Below, in pieces: positions 46,197 to 55,919 of a stretch of 64,000 nt of DNA. The notes beneath the pieces are model-generated. The model saw nothing but the letters and a program-made list of their open reading frames with translations, was not told the origin of the DNA and did no database searches. The stretch is from a bacterium. GTDB lineage: Bacteria > Krumholzibacteriota > Krumholzibacteriia > LZORAL124-64-63. The position numbers and the translations under genes are program-made. How positions within the stretch are numbered: the first letter of the stretch is position 1; each line of letters opens with the position of its first letter. The DNA lies in the NCBI GenBank assembly GCA_016719645.1, contig JADJYS010000014.1:69467-133466 (forward strand), read 5' to 3'.

Positions 46197-47594
46197 ATGA
46201 CCGCGGGCCCGCGCGGTCCGGCGCTGCTGCAGGACGTGTGGTACCTGGAGAAGCTCGCCCACTTCGACCGCGAGGTGATCCCCGAGCGCCGCATGCACGC
46301 CAAGGGCTCGGGCGCCTTCGGCGCCTTCACGGTCACCCACGACATCAGCCGGCACACCCGGGCGAAGCTCTTCGCGGCCGTCGGCAAGAAGACCGACCTG
46401 TTCGTCCGCTTCTCGACCGTGGCCGGGGAACGCGGCGCGGCCGACGCCGAGCGCGACATCCGCGGCTTCGCGATCAAGTTCTACACCGAGGAGGGCAACT
46501 GGGACCTCGTCGGCAACAACACGCCGGTCTTCTTCCTGCGCGACCCCCTGAAGTTCCCCGACCTCAACCACGCGGTGAAGCGCGACCCGCGCACCAACCT
46601 GCGCAGCGCCCGCAACAACTGGGACTTCTGGACCTCGCTGCCCGAGGCGCTGCACCAGGTCACCATCACCATGAGCGACCGCGGCATCCCCGCCTCCTAC
46701 CGCCACATGCACGGCTTCGGCAGCCACACCTTCAGCTTCCTCAACGCGGCGAACGAGCGCACCTGGGTCAAGTTCCACCTCGTCAGCCAGCAGGGCATCC
46801 GCAACCTGACCGACGCCGAGGCCGAGGCGGTCGTCGGCAAGTGCCGCGAGAGCCACCAGCGCGACCTGTTCGACAGCATCGAGAAGGGCGACTTCCCGCG
46901 CTGGAAGCTGTTCGTCCAGCTGATGCCCGAGCGGGACGCCGCGGCCTGCCCCTACAACCCCTTCGACCTGACCAAGGTCTGGTTCAAGAAGGACTACCCG
47001 CTGCACGAGGTGGGCGTCCTGGAGCTGAACCGCAACCCCGAGAACTACTTCGCCGAGGTGGAGCAGGCGGCCTTCAACCCCGCCAACGTCGTGCCCGGCA
47101 TCGGCTTCTCGCCGGACAAGATGCTGCAGGGGCGGCTGTTCTCCTACGGCGACGCCCAGCGCTACCGGCTCGGCGTCAACCACCACCTGATCCCGGTGAA
47201 CGCCGCGCGCTGCCCCTTCCACAGCTACCACCGCGACGGGGCCATGCGCGTCGACGGCAACCACGGCGGCACGCTCGGCTACGAGCCCAACAGCTATGGC
47301 GAGTGGCAGCAGCAGCCCGATTTCTCGGAGCCGCCGCTGGCCCTCGACGGGGCCGCCGCCCACTGGAACCACCGCGAGGACGACGACTACTATTCTCAGC
47401 CGGGCCTCCTGTTCCGGCTGATGGGCGCGGCGCAGCGGCAGGCGCTCTTCGAAAACACCGCCCGCGCGATGGGCGACGCGCCCCGCGAGATCAAGCTGCG
47501 CCACATCGCCAACTGCGCGAAGGCCGACCCGGCCTACGGGGCCGGCGTGGCCGCAGCGCTCGGCATCCCCCCGGGCGAGGCGCCCCGGGACTGA
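46197..47594 (+). CDS. katA: Monofunctional haem catalase (N-terminus unresolved, see findings)
   Basis: [13 protein letters not shown]-like region, [20 protein letters not shown] and [12 protein letters not shown] motifs. The conserved N-terminal [18 protein letters not shown] is encoded upstream in this frame, but without an in-frame start codon. Confidence 0.9.
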   Translation: MTAGPRGPALLQDVWYLEKLAHFDREVIPERRMHAKGSGAFGAFTVTHDISRHTRAKLFAAVGKKTDLFVRFSTVAGERGAADAERDIRGFAIKFYTEEGNWDLVGNNTPVFFLRDPLKFPDLNHAVKRDPRTNLRSARNNWDFWTSLPEALHQVTITMSDRGIPASYRHMHGFGSHTFSFLNAANERTWVKFHLVSQQGIRNLTDAEAEAVVGKCRESHQRDLFDSIEKGDFPRWKLFVQLMPERDAAACPYNPFDLTKVWFKKDYPLHEVGVLELNRNPENYFAEVEQAAFNPANVVPGIGFSPDKMLQGRLFSYGDAQRYRLGVNHHLIPVNAARCPFHSYHRDGAMRVDGNHGGTLGYEPNSYGEWQQQPDFSEPPLALDGAAAHWNHREDDDYYSQPGLLFRLMGAAQRQALFENTARAMGDAPREIKLRHIANCAKADPAYGAGVAAALGIPPGEAPRD

Positions 47595-47639
47595 CCGCGG
47601 ACGACGACCGCCGACCCTACCACCGAAAGGAAGAAGAAC

Positions 47640-48143
47640 ATGGGAACCAGAGGACGCGAGATCATCGGCATGGACGTCGATCATCTCCTGGACCTGCTCA
47701 ACCGGGCCTACGCGAGCGAGTGGCTGGCCTACTACCAGTACTGGCTCGGCGCGAAGCTCATCAAGGGCCCGATGAAGGACGCCGTGGCGGCGGAGCTGAA
47801 CCTGCACGCCACCGAGGAGCTGAACCACGCCGTCATGCTGTCGGGCCGCATCATCCAGCTCGGCGGCACGCCGGTGCTCACGCCCGAAGGCTGGGCGAAG
47901 CTGAGCCCCTGCAAGTACGACGCGCCCGAGGACCCGTACGTGGCCGTCCTGCTCGACCAGAACATCGAGGGCGAGCAGTGCGCGATCACCACGTACAAGG
48001 CCCTGATGGACGCCACCAAGGACAAGGACATGGTGACCTACAACCTGGCGCTCGCGATCCTCGAGCAGGAGATCGAGCACGAGGAGGACCTGCAGAGCCT
48101 GCGGGAGGATCTGGACCTGATGGTGGTGCGGGGGAGCAAGTAA
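47640..48143 (+). CDS. Ferritin-like protein (bacterioferritin/Dps superfamily)
   Basis: AAAGGAAG SD. Four-helix ferritin-like pattern LNRAYASEW...ELNHAVML...EGEQ...LEQEIEHEEDL. Confidence 0.7.
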   Translation: MGTRGREIIGMDVDHLLDLLNRAYASEWLAYYQYWLGAKLIKGPMKDAVAAELNLHATEELNHAVMLSGRIIQLGGTPVLTPEGWAKLSPCKYDAPEDPYVAVLLDQNIEGEQCAITTYKALMDATKDKDMVTYNLALAILEQEIEHEEDLQSLREDLDLMVVRGSK

Positions 48144-48172
48144 CCGGCCCCCGCGCCGGTTCCGGGGGACGG

Positions 48173-48195
48173 CCGGGTCGGTGGCGCCGACCCGG
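48173..48195. terminator. Hairpin CCGGGTCGG-tggcg-CCGACCCGG between the ferritin-like gene and the convergent membrane-protein gene
   Basis: Perfect 9-bp stem, followed by CCGTTCTC. Confidence 0.4.
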
Positions 48196-48231
48196 CCGTT
48201 CTCATGGCGGATACGCGCGAGGTCGGAATTC

Positions 48232-48585
48232 CTAGCGCATGAACCCGACGAGCAGCGTGTGCGCCAGGGCCCACAAGACGCCCGCAACGACAGGCACCGC
48301 CACCGCATACCGCCGCCAATCCCGCATCCCGGCCGGCTCGCAATTCGCGGTCTGCCCGCCGAGCCGCGCGATGTCGAGGTAGCGCACGACCACCATGCCC
48401 GCGGCGACGACCCAGAACAGGATGTCGAGCCCGGAAAACCGGGCCGTGTCGCCGATCTTGAAGGTCAGGGCGAACAGCAGGGCCGGGCCGATCGCCAGCC
48501 AGGACAGGCGGACGATCACGCCGAGGCAGCCGGTGGGCTCGGGGGTGGGAACGGGGGAAGAGGACGGAATCCGGGAATCTGCCAT
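48232..48585 (-). CDS. Small membrane protein of unknown function
   Basis: 117 aa with three hydrophobic segments. Confidence 0.45.
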   Translation of the reverse strand: MADSRIPSSSPVPTPEPTGCLGVIVRLSWLAIGPALLFALTFKIGDTARFSGLDILFWVVAAGMVVVRYLDIARLGGQTANCEPAGMRDWRRYAVAVPVVAGVLWALAHTLLVGFMR

Positions 48586-48773
48586 GTTCGCCTCCAGAGT
48601 CGCCCGCATCGCGGACGGCGACGGGTTTCCCGTCGCTTGCTCTGGATGGCGGCCCGACCATCCCCGATCCTGCTGCGGCCTGGAAAAGGCTGCAGCACCC
48701 TTCGCTCCGCCGGGATCCGCTCCCCGCGGGCGACGCCATCGTCGATGGCCAGCGTCAGACTACGCAGCGGGAC

Positions 48774-50498
48774 TCAATCGTGCAAGCCGGTTCCGGTGGC
48801 CCGCTCCGACAGCGCGGCGACGGCGGAGCCGGCGTCGGCTTGCGCCAGCACCCCGTCCAGGGCCGCCGACTGGTCCCAGCCCCAGAGATCGAAGTACCGC
48901 GAATGCCCCTCCAGCCGGTAGTGGGAGGAGAAGCGCGCGCGGACCTCGTCCGAGAAGACGTCGTCGTGGGGCGGGTACCAGTTGGCGAGGCGGAAGGGCT
49001 GGCGGCCCCGCGGCACGAGCCACAGGTCGATGACGCCGGCGTCGAGGGCGGCGAGCGTGGCTTCGGGGATCTCGCGGTGGGCGCGCCGCGAATCCATGAG
49101 CGAGACGGCGTCGATCAACAGCGGGTTGCCGGAGAACGTGAGCAGGGGTCGGAGGTTGGCCAGGTGGAAGTAGTTGCCGTCTCCGCTGTACCCCATGCCG
49201 ATGGCCCGGTCGGGGTGCGCGGCCAGGATCCCTCGGATGTCGGCGGAGATCGCCGTGGAGTTCTCCATCCGCGAGCTCGCCAGCCGTGCGCTGCGGTAGC
49301 CCGACACGGATCCCGCGACGAGCGCGGCGGCCAGGAAGGCCGAGACCGCGCCCAGCCGCCAGGAGGCGGCGCGTTCCGGGAAGAGCAGGCCGCGCATGCC
49401 GGCGGCCGGCCACAGCCGGGCCGCGAAGACCAGGTTGATGGGGATCATCGGCAGCAGGTGCACCTGGCCGGCGCCGGGCTTCATCGCCAGCACGATCACG
49501 GCCGCGTTGCCCGCGGCCCAGGCCAGGACGAGCTGGCGCCGCATCCAGGGGCGGTGGGCCGGCCGGCCCGGCGCCGACAGGAGCACCAGCACGGGGATCG
49601 CGAAGAACAGCGCGCGGGTGAACAGGTGCGGCAGGTAGTCCAGCTCCAGGCCGTGATGGGCCCCGATGAGGATCCAGCTCAGGTAGTTGACGAGCGAGAT
49701 GCCGTCGTGCAGGGCAAACGGGGCCACGACGGCCACGGCGCCCAGGGCCAGGGCCGCCCGCGTGGCGCGGGAACCGTGGCGCTCGTCGAGCAGCGTCAGC
49801 ACCGGCAGCAGGTACAGCACCGCGTGGACCTTGAGGTTCACCGCCAGCCCCAGCGCGAGGGCCGCGCCGACGACGGCCGGGACGCGCCGGGACGCGCCCG
49901 CGGCGTGCAGGCCCAGGCAGACCGCGAAGAGGATGTAGGGATCGGGCCGCACGAGCATCGCCGAGGTGCCGCCGGTCCAGTACAGCAACAGCGCGATGGC
50001 GATCATGCCGAAGGCCAGCGCGCCGGAGACCAGGCGGCGGATCGTCAGGTACAGCAGGACCACGGAGGCGTAGAGGGCCAGCAGGGCGCCCAGTTTGGCG
50101 GCGAAGATCGAGGGGTGCAGCAGGTCGAGGCAGAGCCCCGTGGCCAGGTAGACCACCGGGCCGTAGAGCACGCTGTACTGCGGGTCGGCGTCCGGGGCGT
50201 GGTAGAGCGGGCCGCCGGTCTGCACCCACCAGGACACCGACGACACCATCGCCTCGACGTCGCTGGCGTAGCCGTCGTGGTTCAGGTACCAGAGGCTCGT
50301 CGTCAGGAACGCGAGGCACACGATCACGGCAAGACCCGCCAGGGCGGGCCGGATCCTCGACCAGGCAGCGGCGTGATCGGCGGCGTTGCCGTCCGACCGA
50401 CGCCGCAGGATCAGCCACAACGCCAGCAGCACCGCGCCGGTGCCGAGCGGGTGCCGCGAGCAGAGGATGACGAAGTCGAGGACGGCGCGAATAGCCAT
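48774..50498 (-). CDS. Polytopic membrane protein with C-terminal soluble domain (possibly ArnT/PMT-like glycosyltransferase fold)
   Basis: ATG 50498 (MAIRAVLDFVIL). About 12 TM helices, then a ~170-aa hydrophilic tail. Confidence 0.6.
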   Translation of the reverse strand: MAIRAVLDFVILCSRHPLGTGAVLLALWLILRRRSDGNAADHAAAWSRIRPALAGLAVIVCLAFLTTSLWYLNHDGYASDVEAMVSSVSWWVQTGGPLYHAPDADPQYSVLYGPVVYLATGLCLDLLHPSIFAAKLGALLALYASVVLLYLTIRRLVSGALAFGMIAIALLLYWTGGTSAMLVRPDPYILFAVCLGLHAAGASRRVPAVVGAALALGLAVNLKVHAVLYLLPVLTLLDERHGSRATRAALALGAVAVVAPFALHDGISLVNYLSWILIGAHHGLELDYLPHLFTRALFFAIPVLVLLSAPGRPAHRPWMRRQLVLAWAAGNAAVIVLAMKPGAGQVHLLPMIPINLVFAARLWPAAGMRGLLFPERAASWRLGAVSAFLAAALVAGSVSGYRSARLASSRMENSTAISADIRGILAAHPDRAIGMGYSGDGNYFHLANLRPLLTFSGNPLLIDAVSLMDSRRAHREIPEATLAALDAGVIDLWLVPRGRQPFRLANWYPPHDDVFSDEVRARFSSHYRLEGHSRYFDLWGWDQSAALDGVLAQADAGSAVAALSERATGTGLHD

Positions 50499-50618
50499 GG
50501 GGTGCTTGCTGCTATGGACCGTTGATGCGCGGCCCGTCCGCCCGGACGGTCGCCGACTCGGGGCGATCATAGCATAAGTCGCCCGGGCCCGGTTCGATCA
50601 TCTCGCCCCCCGCCTCAC

Positions 50619-50645
50619 AATGATCTCCGCACCATCATTATGATC
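50619..50645. promoter_or_regulatory. Fur-box-like hexamer array AATGAT-N9-ATCATT-ATGATC upstream of the OMP gene
   Basis: nAT(G/C)AT hexamers read directly; includes the 11-bp palindrome ATCATTATGAT. Confidence 0.25.
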
Positions 50646-50832
50646 GCGCTTGCGCGCGGACGGCGCCTGCATCTCGTTTCATATCAGCAAATTGCAGGAC
50701 ACGGGTCGTGGCCCGCTCGTTGCATGGCAGTTCTTCGGGACGGACAGGCGCGCGCGGGAACGAGCCCGGGCGTGCAGGAAGGCGTCGCACGGACGGTGCG
50801 CCGACCTTCGCGGGTGATGAAAGGAGATTTTC

Positions 50833-51528
50833 ATGCGACGAAAAATCGGGAACGGATCGCCGCGGGCCGGAGTGACGGCGGGCCTCGTGGCGATCCTGCT
50901 GATCGCGATGGGCACGGTCGGTTTCGCGCCCTCGAATTCCGAAGCGGCCGCGCTCGGCAACTACCTGACGCTCAAGGGCGGCATCTACTCGCCGAGCTCG
51001 ACCTTCAACCTCGACAACGTCGACATCGAGACCACGTTCGACAGCGACACCGAGACGGGCGTCGCCGGCGAGATCGGGATCGGGCACTACATCCTGCCCA
51101 CGCTCGCCCTCGAATTCGGCGTGGGGTACTTCAACGGCAAGGGCTCCATCGTGCCGCGGGCCGCGACCGCCGCCCGCCAGCAGGCCGACTTCGACGTCAT
51201 CCCGGTGCTGCTGACCGCCAAGGCCTTCATTCCGGCCGGGGCGATCTTCCCGTACGGCGAGGTCGGGATCGGCTCCTACTTCACCAAGTTCGAGGTGAGC
51301 GACAACGCCAACACCTTCGAGGGCGACATGACCTTCGGGATCCACGCCGGCGCCGGCATCAACGTCAACATCACCGAGAAGGCGTTCCTGGGCGTGGAGG
51401 GGCGTTACGTCTGGGCCAATCCCTCGTTCGGCGACCAGCAGATCCGCCTGAACGACACCGAGTACGCCTTGAACGGGTTCGAACTGAACGGATTCACCAC
51501 GATGCTGGCCCTCGGTTTCTGCTTCTGA
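50833..51528 (+). CDS. Outer-membrane beta-barrel protein (OmpW/OmpA-N-like small barrel)
   Basis: AAAGGAG SD. Signal peptide. Alternating amphipathic strands. C-terminal ...ALGFCF. Confidence 0.7.
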   Translation: MRRKIGNGSPRAGVTAGLVAILLIAMGTVGFAPSNSEAAALGNYLTLKGGIYSPSSTFNLDNVDIETTFDSDTETGVAGEIGIGHYILPTLALEFGVGYFNGKGSIVPRAATAARQQADFDVIPVLLTAKAFIPAGAIFPYGEVGIGSYFTKFEVSDNANTFEGDMTFGIHAGAGINVNITEKAFLGVEGRYVWANPSFGDQQIRLNDTEYALNGFELNGFTTMLALGFCF

Positions 51529-51631
51529 CGCCAGGGCGCGCGAGGCGCCCTTTGACCACCGCAGCGTGCGGGATGTCCGGCGGGAGGGATCCCCCCCCGC
51601 CCGGATGACCGGGGATCGGCCAGGAAGGCAG

Positions 51632-52306
51632 ATGATGTTCAAACCGCATTCGGAACGAGAGCCCATCGTCGTGTTCGACGGCGTCGCCGGGGCACGGCAC
51701 GGAAACGACGACCCGATCGTGGGCGAGGTGTCGCGCGGTGAAATGTCGCGCCGGGAAGGTGCCGGCGTCTTCCAGGGCAACGTGGCGCTCGATCATCACG
51801 GCGGCTTCGCTTCGGTCCATTTCGGATCCGGCGAACTCGACCTCTCCAGGTTTGCGGGTCTGGCGCTGCGCGTCCGGGGCGACGGCAAGCGCTATTCCCT
51901 GCGGCTACGCACGAACCGCGCCGGCAACAGCGTTGATTACCAGTGCGAGCTGGCGCCTGAGGCCGGGGCGTGGCGCAACCTGCGGCTGCCCTTCGCGGCG
52001 TTCCAGCCCGCCCATGGCGGACGCTCGACCGCACCTCCTCCCCGCCTCGACACGGCGGCGATCGGCACCATCGGACTGGCCATCTCCGACCGGCAGGAAG
52101 GCCCGTTCCGGCTGGAACTCGCATCGATCGAGGGCTACCGCCTGGCCATGTCCGCCGGCCACGGCGGACTGACCGTGGTGCACAACACGGAACGGAGCCG
52201 GACCGACTTCCGGCCCGTTCCCGCGATCACCTGCGGGGACGAGCACGACGTCGAACCGCCGTTGAGCCGGGTCTCCCTGTTCAGCAACTGGATGAAGAAC
52301 GACTGA
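51632..52306 (+). CDS. CIA30-domain protein (complex I intermediate-associated protein 30-like)
   Basis: AGGAAGG SD. 224 aa with ...GGFASVHF...LALRVRGDGKRY pattern. Confidence 0.65.
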   Translation: MMFKPHSEREPIVVFDGVAGARHGNDDPIVGEVSRGEMSRREGAGVFQGNVALDHHGGFASVHFGSGELDLSRFAGLALRVRGDGKRYSLRLRTNRAGNSVDYQCELAPEAGAWRNLRLPFAAFQPAHGGRSTAPPPRLDTAAIGTIGLAISDRQEGPFRLELASIEGYRLAMSAGHGGLTVVHNTERSRTDFRPVPAITCGDEHDVEPPLSRVSLFSNWMKND

Positions 52307-52487
52307 AACCCCTCGGCGGCGCCGAGGCCGCCGGGGGCCGCACCGGATCGGCAGACGTCCCGAGTTAGCATGTAATAAATTGTCACACAATCTGTTATGA
52401 TATCGGACTATTCTAGTAGCATATCGCCGACCACGATCCTAACCTGACAGAAGACTCCCTCGCCCCTTCCCTTGCCGGAGGTCGCTC

Positions 52488-53399
52488 ATGAAGATCCGCT
52501 CATCCAGGCCCATCCTGCTCCTGCTGCTCTTCCTCTCCGCGGGCTGCGGCGGCAGCGACGATCCGGCCGGCCCGGACGGCGGCGGCGGCGACGGCGACAA
52601 CACCTTCACGGCCACCATCGACGGCCTGGCGTGGGCCAGCGACACGAACCTGATCGGCGTGTCGGGCAGCGCCTCGCCCACGCGCCCCGGCACCCTCACG
52701 CTCTCGGGGTACCAGTCCTCATCCGGCCGGGCCATCACGCTCAGCCTCTCGTTTTTCATCGGTCCAGCCACGCAACCGCTGGGCGTCAACGTCGGCACCA
52801 CGCCGGGAGGCGTCGGCACCGTGTTGGTGGCGACGGACTCCTGGCTGACGCCGCTGAGCGGAGCGGCGGGCTTCGTCACCCTCTCCGCGCGCACCGACGA
52901 GCGGATCGCCGGCACGTTCCACTTCACGGCCGATGCTCTGGCCGGCGCCGTCCCGGCGACGCGGTCGGTGACCGCCGGCGCCTTCGACATCACGATCGAC
53001 GCGGGACTGCCGCCGCTGCCCGCCGGCGTCGGCAGCACCGCCGTGGCGAACGTCGGCGGCGCGCCCTGGTATGCGGCGACGATCATCGGCCTCAATCCCG
53101 GCGCCGGCGTCTTCAGCCTCGGGGCCGACAACACCGCCTACTCGATCTCGATCACGCCGAAGATCCCCGTCGCGGCCGGCAACACGTACGGGATCCCGTC
53201 GCAGATGAACCTGACCGTGATCCGCACCGGAACCGCGGATTCCTGGGCCGCGATCACCGGACCGGACATCGGCACGGTGTCGATCACGATGTTCACGGCC
53301 GACCGGCTGGTCGCCTCCTTCGAGGCGGAGTTGCCGCCGCTCAACGCGACCGCGCCGCTCCTGGTCACCGGCGGGGCGATCAACGCCTATCTGCAGTGA
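52488..53399 (+). CDS. Lipoprotein of unknown function
   Basis: GGAGG SD. LLLLLFLSAGCGG lipobox. Confidence 0.65.
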   Translation: MKIRSSRPILLLLLFLSAGCGGSDDPAGPDGGGGDGDNTFTATIDGLAWASDTNLIGVSGSASPTRPGTLTLSGYQSSSGRAITLSLSFFIGPATQPLGVNVGTTPGGVGTVLVATDSWLTPLSGAAGFVTLSARTDERIAGTFHFTADALAGAVPATRSVTAGAFDITIDAGLPPLPAGVGSTAVANVGGAPWYAATIIGLNPGAGVFSLGADNTAYSISITPKIPVAAGNTYGIPSQMNLTVIRTGTADSWAAITGPDIGTVSITMFTADRLVASFEAELPPLNATAPLLVTGGAINAYLQ

Positions 53400-53463
53400 C
53401 GACGGCCCGAAATCGACGACGGGGAGACCAACGAGGGAGGAGCGCTGACAGCGCGAGCAGGCG

Positions 53464-54180
53464 CTAGGGCGTCTGCGGCGGAGGTGACGCGGACGCGGCG
53501 ATCGCCGCCTCCACCCGCCGCCGCCAGAAGCGGGCGTTGACCGTCAGCACGGGCGCCATGAGCGCGTAGATCCACCCCGCCATCGCGATGCCCGGCCTCA
53601 CCGCGAGCAGGACCAGCGAGAGGATCGCGATCCCCGCCTGCAACAGGTGGGAGCAGAGCGACGAGCGCGTGGCGAGGACCTCGGCCGCGTCCAGCCCGAG
53701 GCTGTCGCGTCGGCGCAGGGCGAGGCCCGTCATCAGCGCCAGCAGCAGGAAGACCGCCCCGAACCCCGCCGAGTAGATCGTCATCAGCGCCTTGGCTTCC
53801 CCCATGTCCCGGATCACCAGGACCTGCTCGCTGCCGAAGCCGGTCATCGCCGCGATCACGAGGGCCGGCAGGGCCTTCAACGGGTAGGTGTAGACGAGCA
53901 CGACGAACAGCAGCACGCTGTTGAGCGCCACGATCCCCGGGGTCTGCAGCCCGTAGCGGCGGAAGAAGATGTGGTGGTTGTACCAGATGTAGACCAGGAC
54001 CGTGAAGCTCAGCCCGAAGGCGGGCAGGCTCCGCATGCGGGCCATGAGTTCGGCGACGGAGCCCGGGACCTCGGTGGACACCACCAGCAGCGCCAGCGAG
54101 AAGGCGAACACCGCATCGCTGAACGCCTCGACGCGCGAACTCTCGCGGCTGCGCCAGACGAATCCCGTATGGTCCCTCAT
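53464..54180 (-). CDS. TMEM175-family potassium channel (DUF1211)
   Basis: GGAGG SD. RVEAFSDAVFAFSLALLV signature helix 1. Confidence 0.8.
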   Translation of the reverse strand: MRDHTGFVWRSRESSRVEAFSDAVFAFSLALLVVSTEVPGSVAELMARMRSLPAFGLSFTVLVYIWYNHHIFFRRYGLQTPGIVALNSVLLFVVLVYTYPLKALPALVIAAMTGFGSEQVLVIRDMGEAKALMTIYSAGFGAVFLLLALMTGLALRRRDSLGLDAAEVLATRSSLCSHLLQAGIAILSLVLLAVRPGIAMAGWIYALMAPVLTVNARFWRRRVEAAIAASASPPPQTP

Positions 54181-54279
54181 CTTCCCCTCCCCCTCGGCCG
54201 GGCACGGAAACACGGCGCCCCGGTGTGCCGAACCGGGGCGCCGCACATGCTAGGCGAGGGGATCAGGCGCGACAACGCT

Positions 54280-55365
54280 TCATTTCGCGAGCGTCACCCG
54301 GACCACGCCGGCGCCCGAAGCCGTCGACAGCCGCGCCAGGTAGACCCCCGAGGCCGCGCTCCGGCCCGCGGCGTCGCGGCCGTCCCAGCTCGCCTCGTGC
54401 GCCCCGGCGGCCAGGTTGCCGTCGATCAGCGTCCGGACCAGGCGGCCGGTGACGTCGTAGACCGCGAGCCTGGCGGAGCCGGCGGCCGGCAGGGCGAAGC
54501 GGATCGTGGTCGTCGGATTGAAGGGGTTGGGATGGACGTCCGTGAAGAAGGCGGTTGCGGCCGCCGCGGGGGCGTCCACCGCGTCTTCCCCCGCCGCCGC
54601 GACCAGCGCGGCGACGAGCAGCGGGCCGGCGACCAGGTTGGCGGCGGCGTTGGGGTGCGAGTCGGGGCTGCTGCAGCTCGTGCTCTTGCAGTAGTTCGCA
54701 CGCAGGGTGTTGCGGTCCTCCGCGTCGCGCGGCGAGGCCAGGACGTCGAAGAGATCGAAGAAGCGCAGGTTCGGATGCCCGCCCAGGAAGGCGGTCGAGC
54801 CGAGCCAGTCGGCGAAGGCCCGCCCCCGGTCGGCCTCGGTCGACGTCGAGAGGCAGGGGTGCATCGGCGGCGAGGACATCAGCAGGAAGACGTGGTCCGG
54901 GTGCTGGTCGAGCACGTCACGGATCTCGAGGTACCAGGCCTTGTACTGCGCCAGCATCGCGTCGGTCTCGATGAGCGACGCCCCGTAGCAGGACTTGAAG
55001 GCGATGACCTGGTGATTGGCGAGGATGGAGTCGCGCGCCGAGTTGGCCGTGGTCCAGAGCTGGTGGAGGCCGACCACGTACGTGTCGTCGTCGGGGATGT
55101 CGTAGTAGCGGTCCGCCAAGTCGCCGTCGGGGTCCATCAGGCCGATGGCGTTGTAGTCGTGGTCCCACAGCACGAGCCGGGTCCCGCGCTGGACGTTGTG
55201 GTCGTCGAGGAGCTGCCGCACGTTCCCTTCCTCCAGGATGTTGCGGCCCACGGAATGGTGCAGCACGAACAGGTTGGTCAGCGACAGGGCCGGACTCGGC
55301 GCGGCGGCGGTCACCAGCCACACCGTCAGAAGCGCGAGGCACGCGCTGTAGGTTCGATTCGACAT
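54280..55365 (-). CDS. Secreted protein of unknown function with C-terminal T9SS-like domain
   Basis: Signal peptide MSNRTYSACLALLTVWLVTAAAPSPA. C-terminus HPNPFNPTTTIRFALPAAGSARLAVYDVTGRLVRTL...WDGRDAAG. Confidence 0.75.
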   Translation of the reverse strand: MSNRTYSACLALLTVWLVTAAAPSPALSLTNLFVLHHSVGRNILEEGNVRQLLDDHNVQRGTRLVLWDHDYNAIGLMDPDGDLADRYYDIPDDDTYVVGLHQLWTTANSARDSILANHQVIAFKSCYGASLIETDAMLAQYKAWYLEIRDVLDQHPDHVFLLMSSPPMHPCLSTSTEADRGRAFADWLGSTAFLGGHPNLRFFDLFDVLASPRDAEDRNTLRANYCKSTSCSSPDSHPNAAANLVAGPLLVAALVAAAGEDAVDAPAAAATAFFTDVHPNPFNPTTTIRFALPAAGSARLAVYDVTGRLVRTLIDGNLAAGAHEASWDGRDAAGRSAASGVYLARLSTASGAGVVRVTLAK

Positions 55366-55864
55366 GATCTCTCCCATCCACATTGAACGACGGACGGCGA
55401 ACCGGAAGCCCGGAACCATCCCGCCTCCGCCTGCGGCGCGGCCGCAACGACGGAGTTCGCCATCGGGATGGCCACCATCCGCCCCTGCCACTTCCGTGCC
55501 GCGGTCATGTCATTGAATAATATGACGATACGATTTCGGCGGCCGGTGCAGCTCCATCATAAAAGACGCGGCGCCGATTCCTGGATCGACGCGCGTCGCC
55601 TCGCCGCGCGCGATGCGCCCGCGATCCCGATCCTGCAGAGAGGCGTGAACGGCGGCGACCCGGCGCTCCCGGCGGCTTCACGCCCGCTCGCCTCGCGGCC
55701 TCGATCATGTCCGGCCGGTTCGGTCTTTGCACGATGGAACGAACGGGACGACAACCTCATCCTGATGCACACCCCACCTTTATGATGGGACCTCGAGACA
55801 CCGCACGGCGGCCGCGTTCACGGTGGTTCTCCAGAATCTCCTGAATCGGATCATGCAACACGCA

Positions 55865-55892
55865 GAGAGCCGGCGGTCACCCGCCGGCTCTC
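55865..55892. terminator. Perfect hairpin GAGAGCCGGCGG-tcac-CCGCCGGCTCTC followed by TTCTCGTCG in a ~550-bp non-coding, lower-GC region
   Basis: Read directly. Lies just past the stop (55920) of the minus-strand Gly-rich lipoprotein gene, but its U-like tail is on the plus strand. Confidence 0.35.
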
Positions 55893-55919
55893 TTCTCGTC
55901 GCGAGTTCGGCTTTCGCCG

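Noticed and set aside
45963-50525. ORFs 45963..48308(-), 46238..48235(+), 48760..50418(-), 48780..50525(+)
   Set aside because: Antisense or shifted frames of the catalase, ferritin-like and polytopic membrane protein genes.
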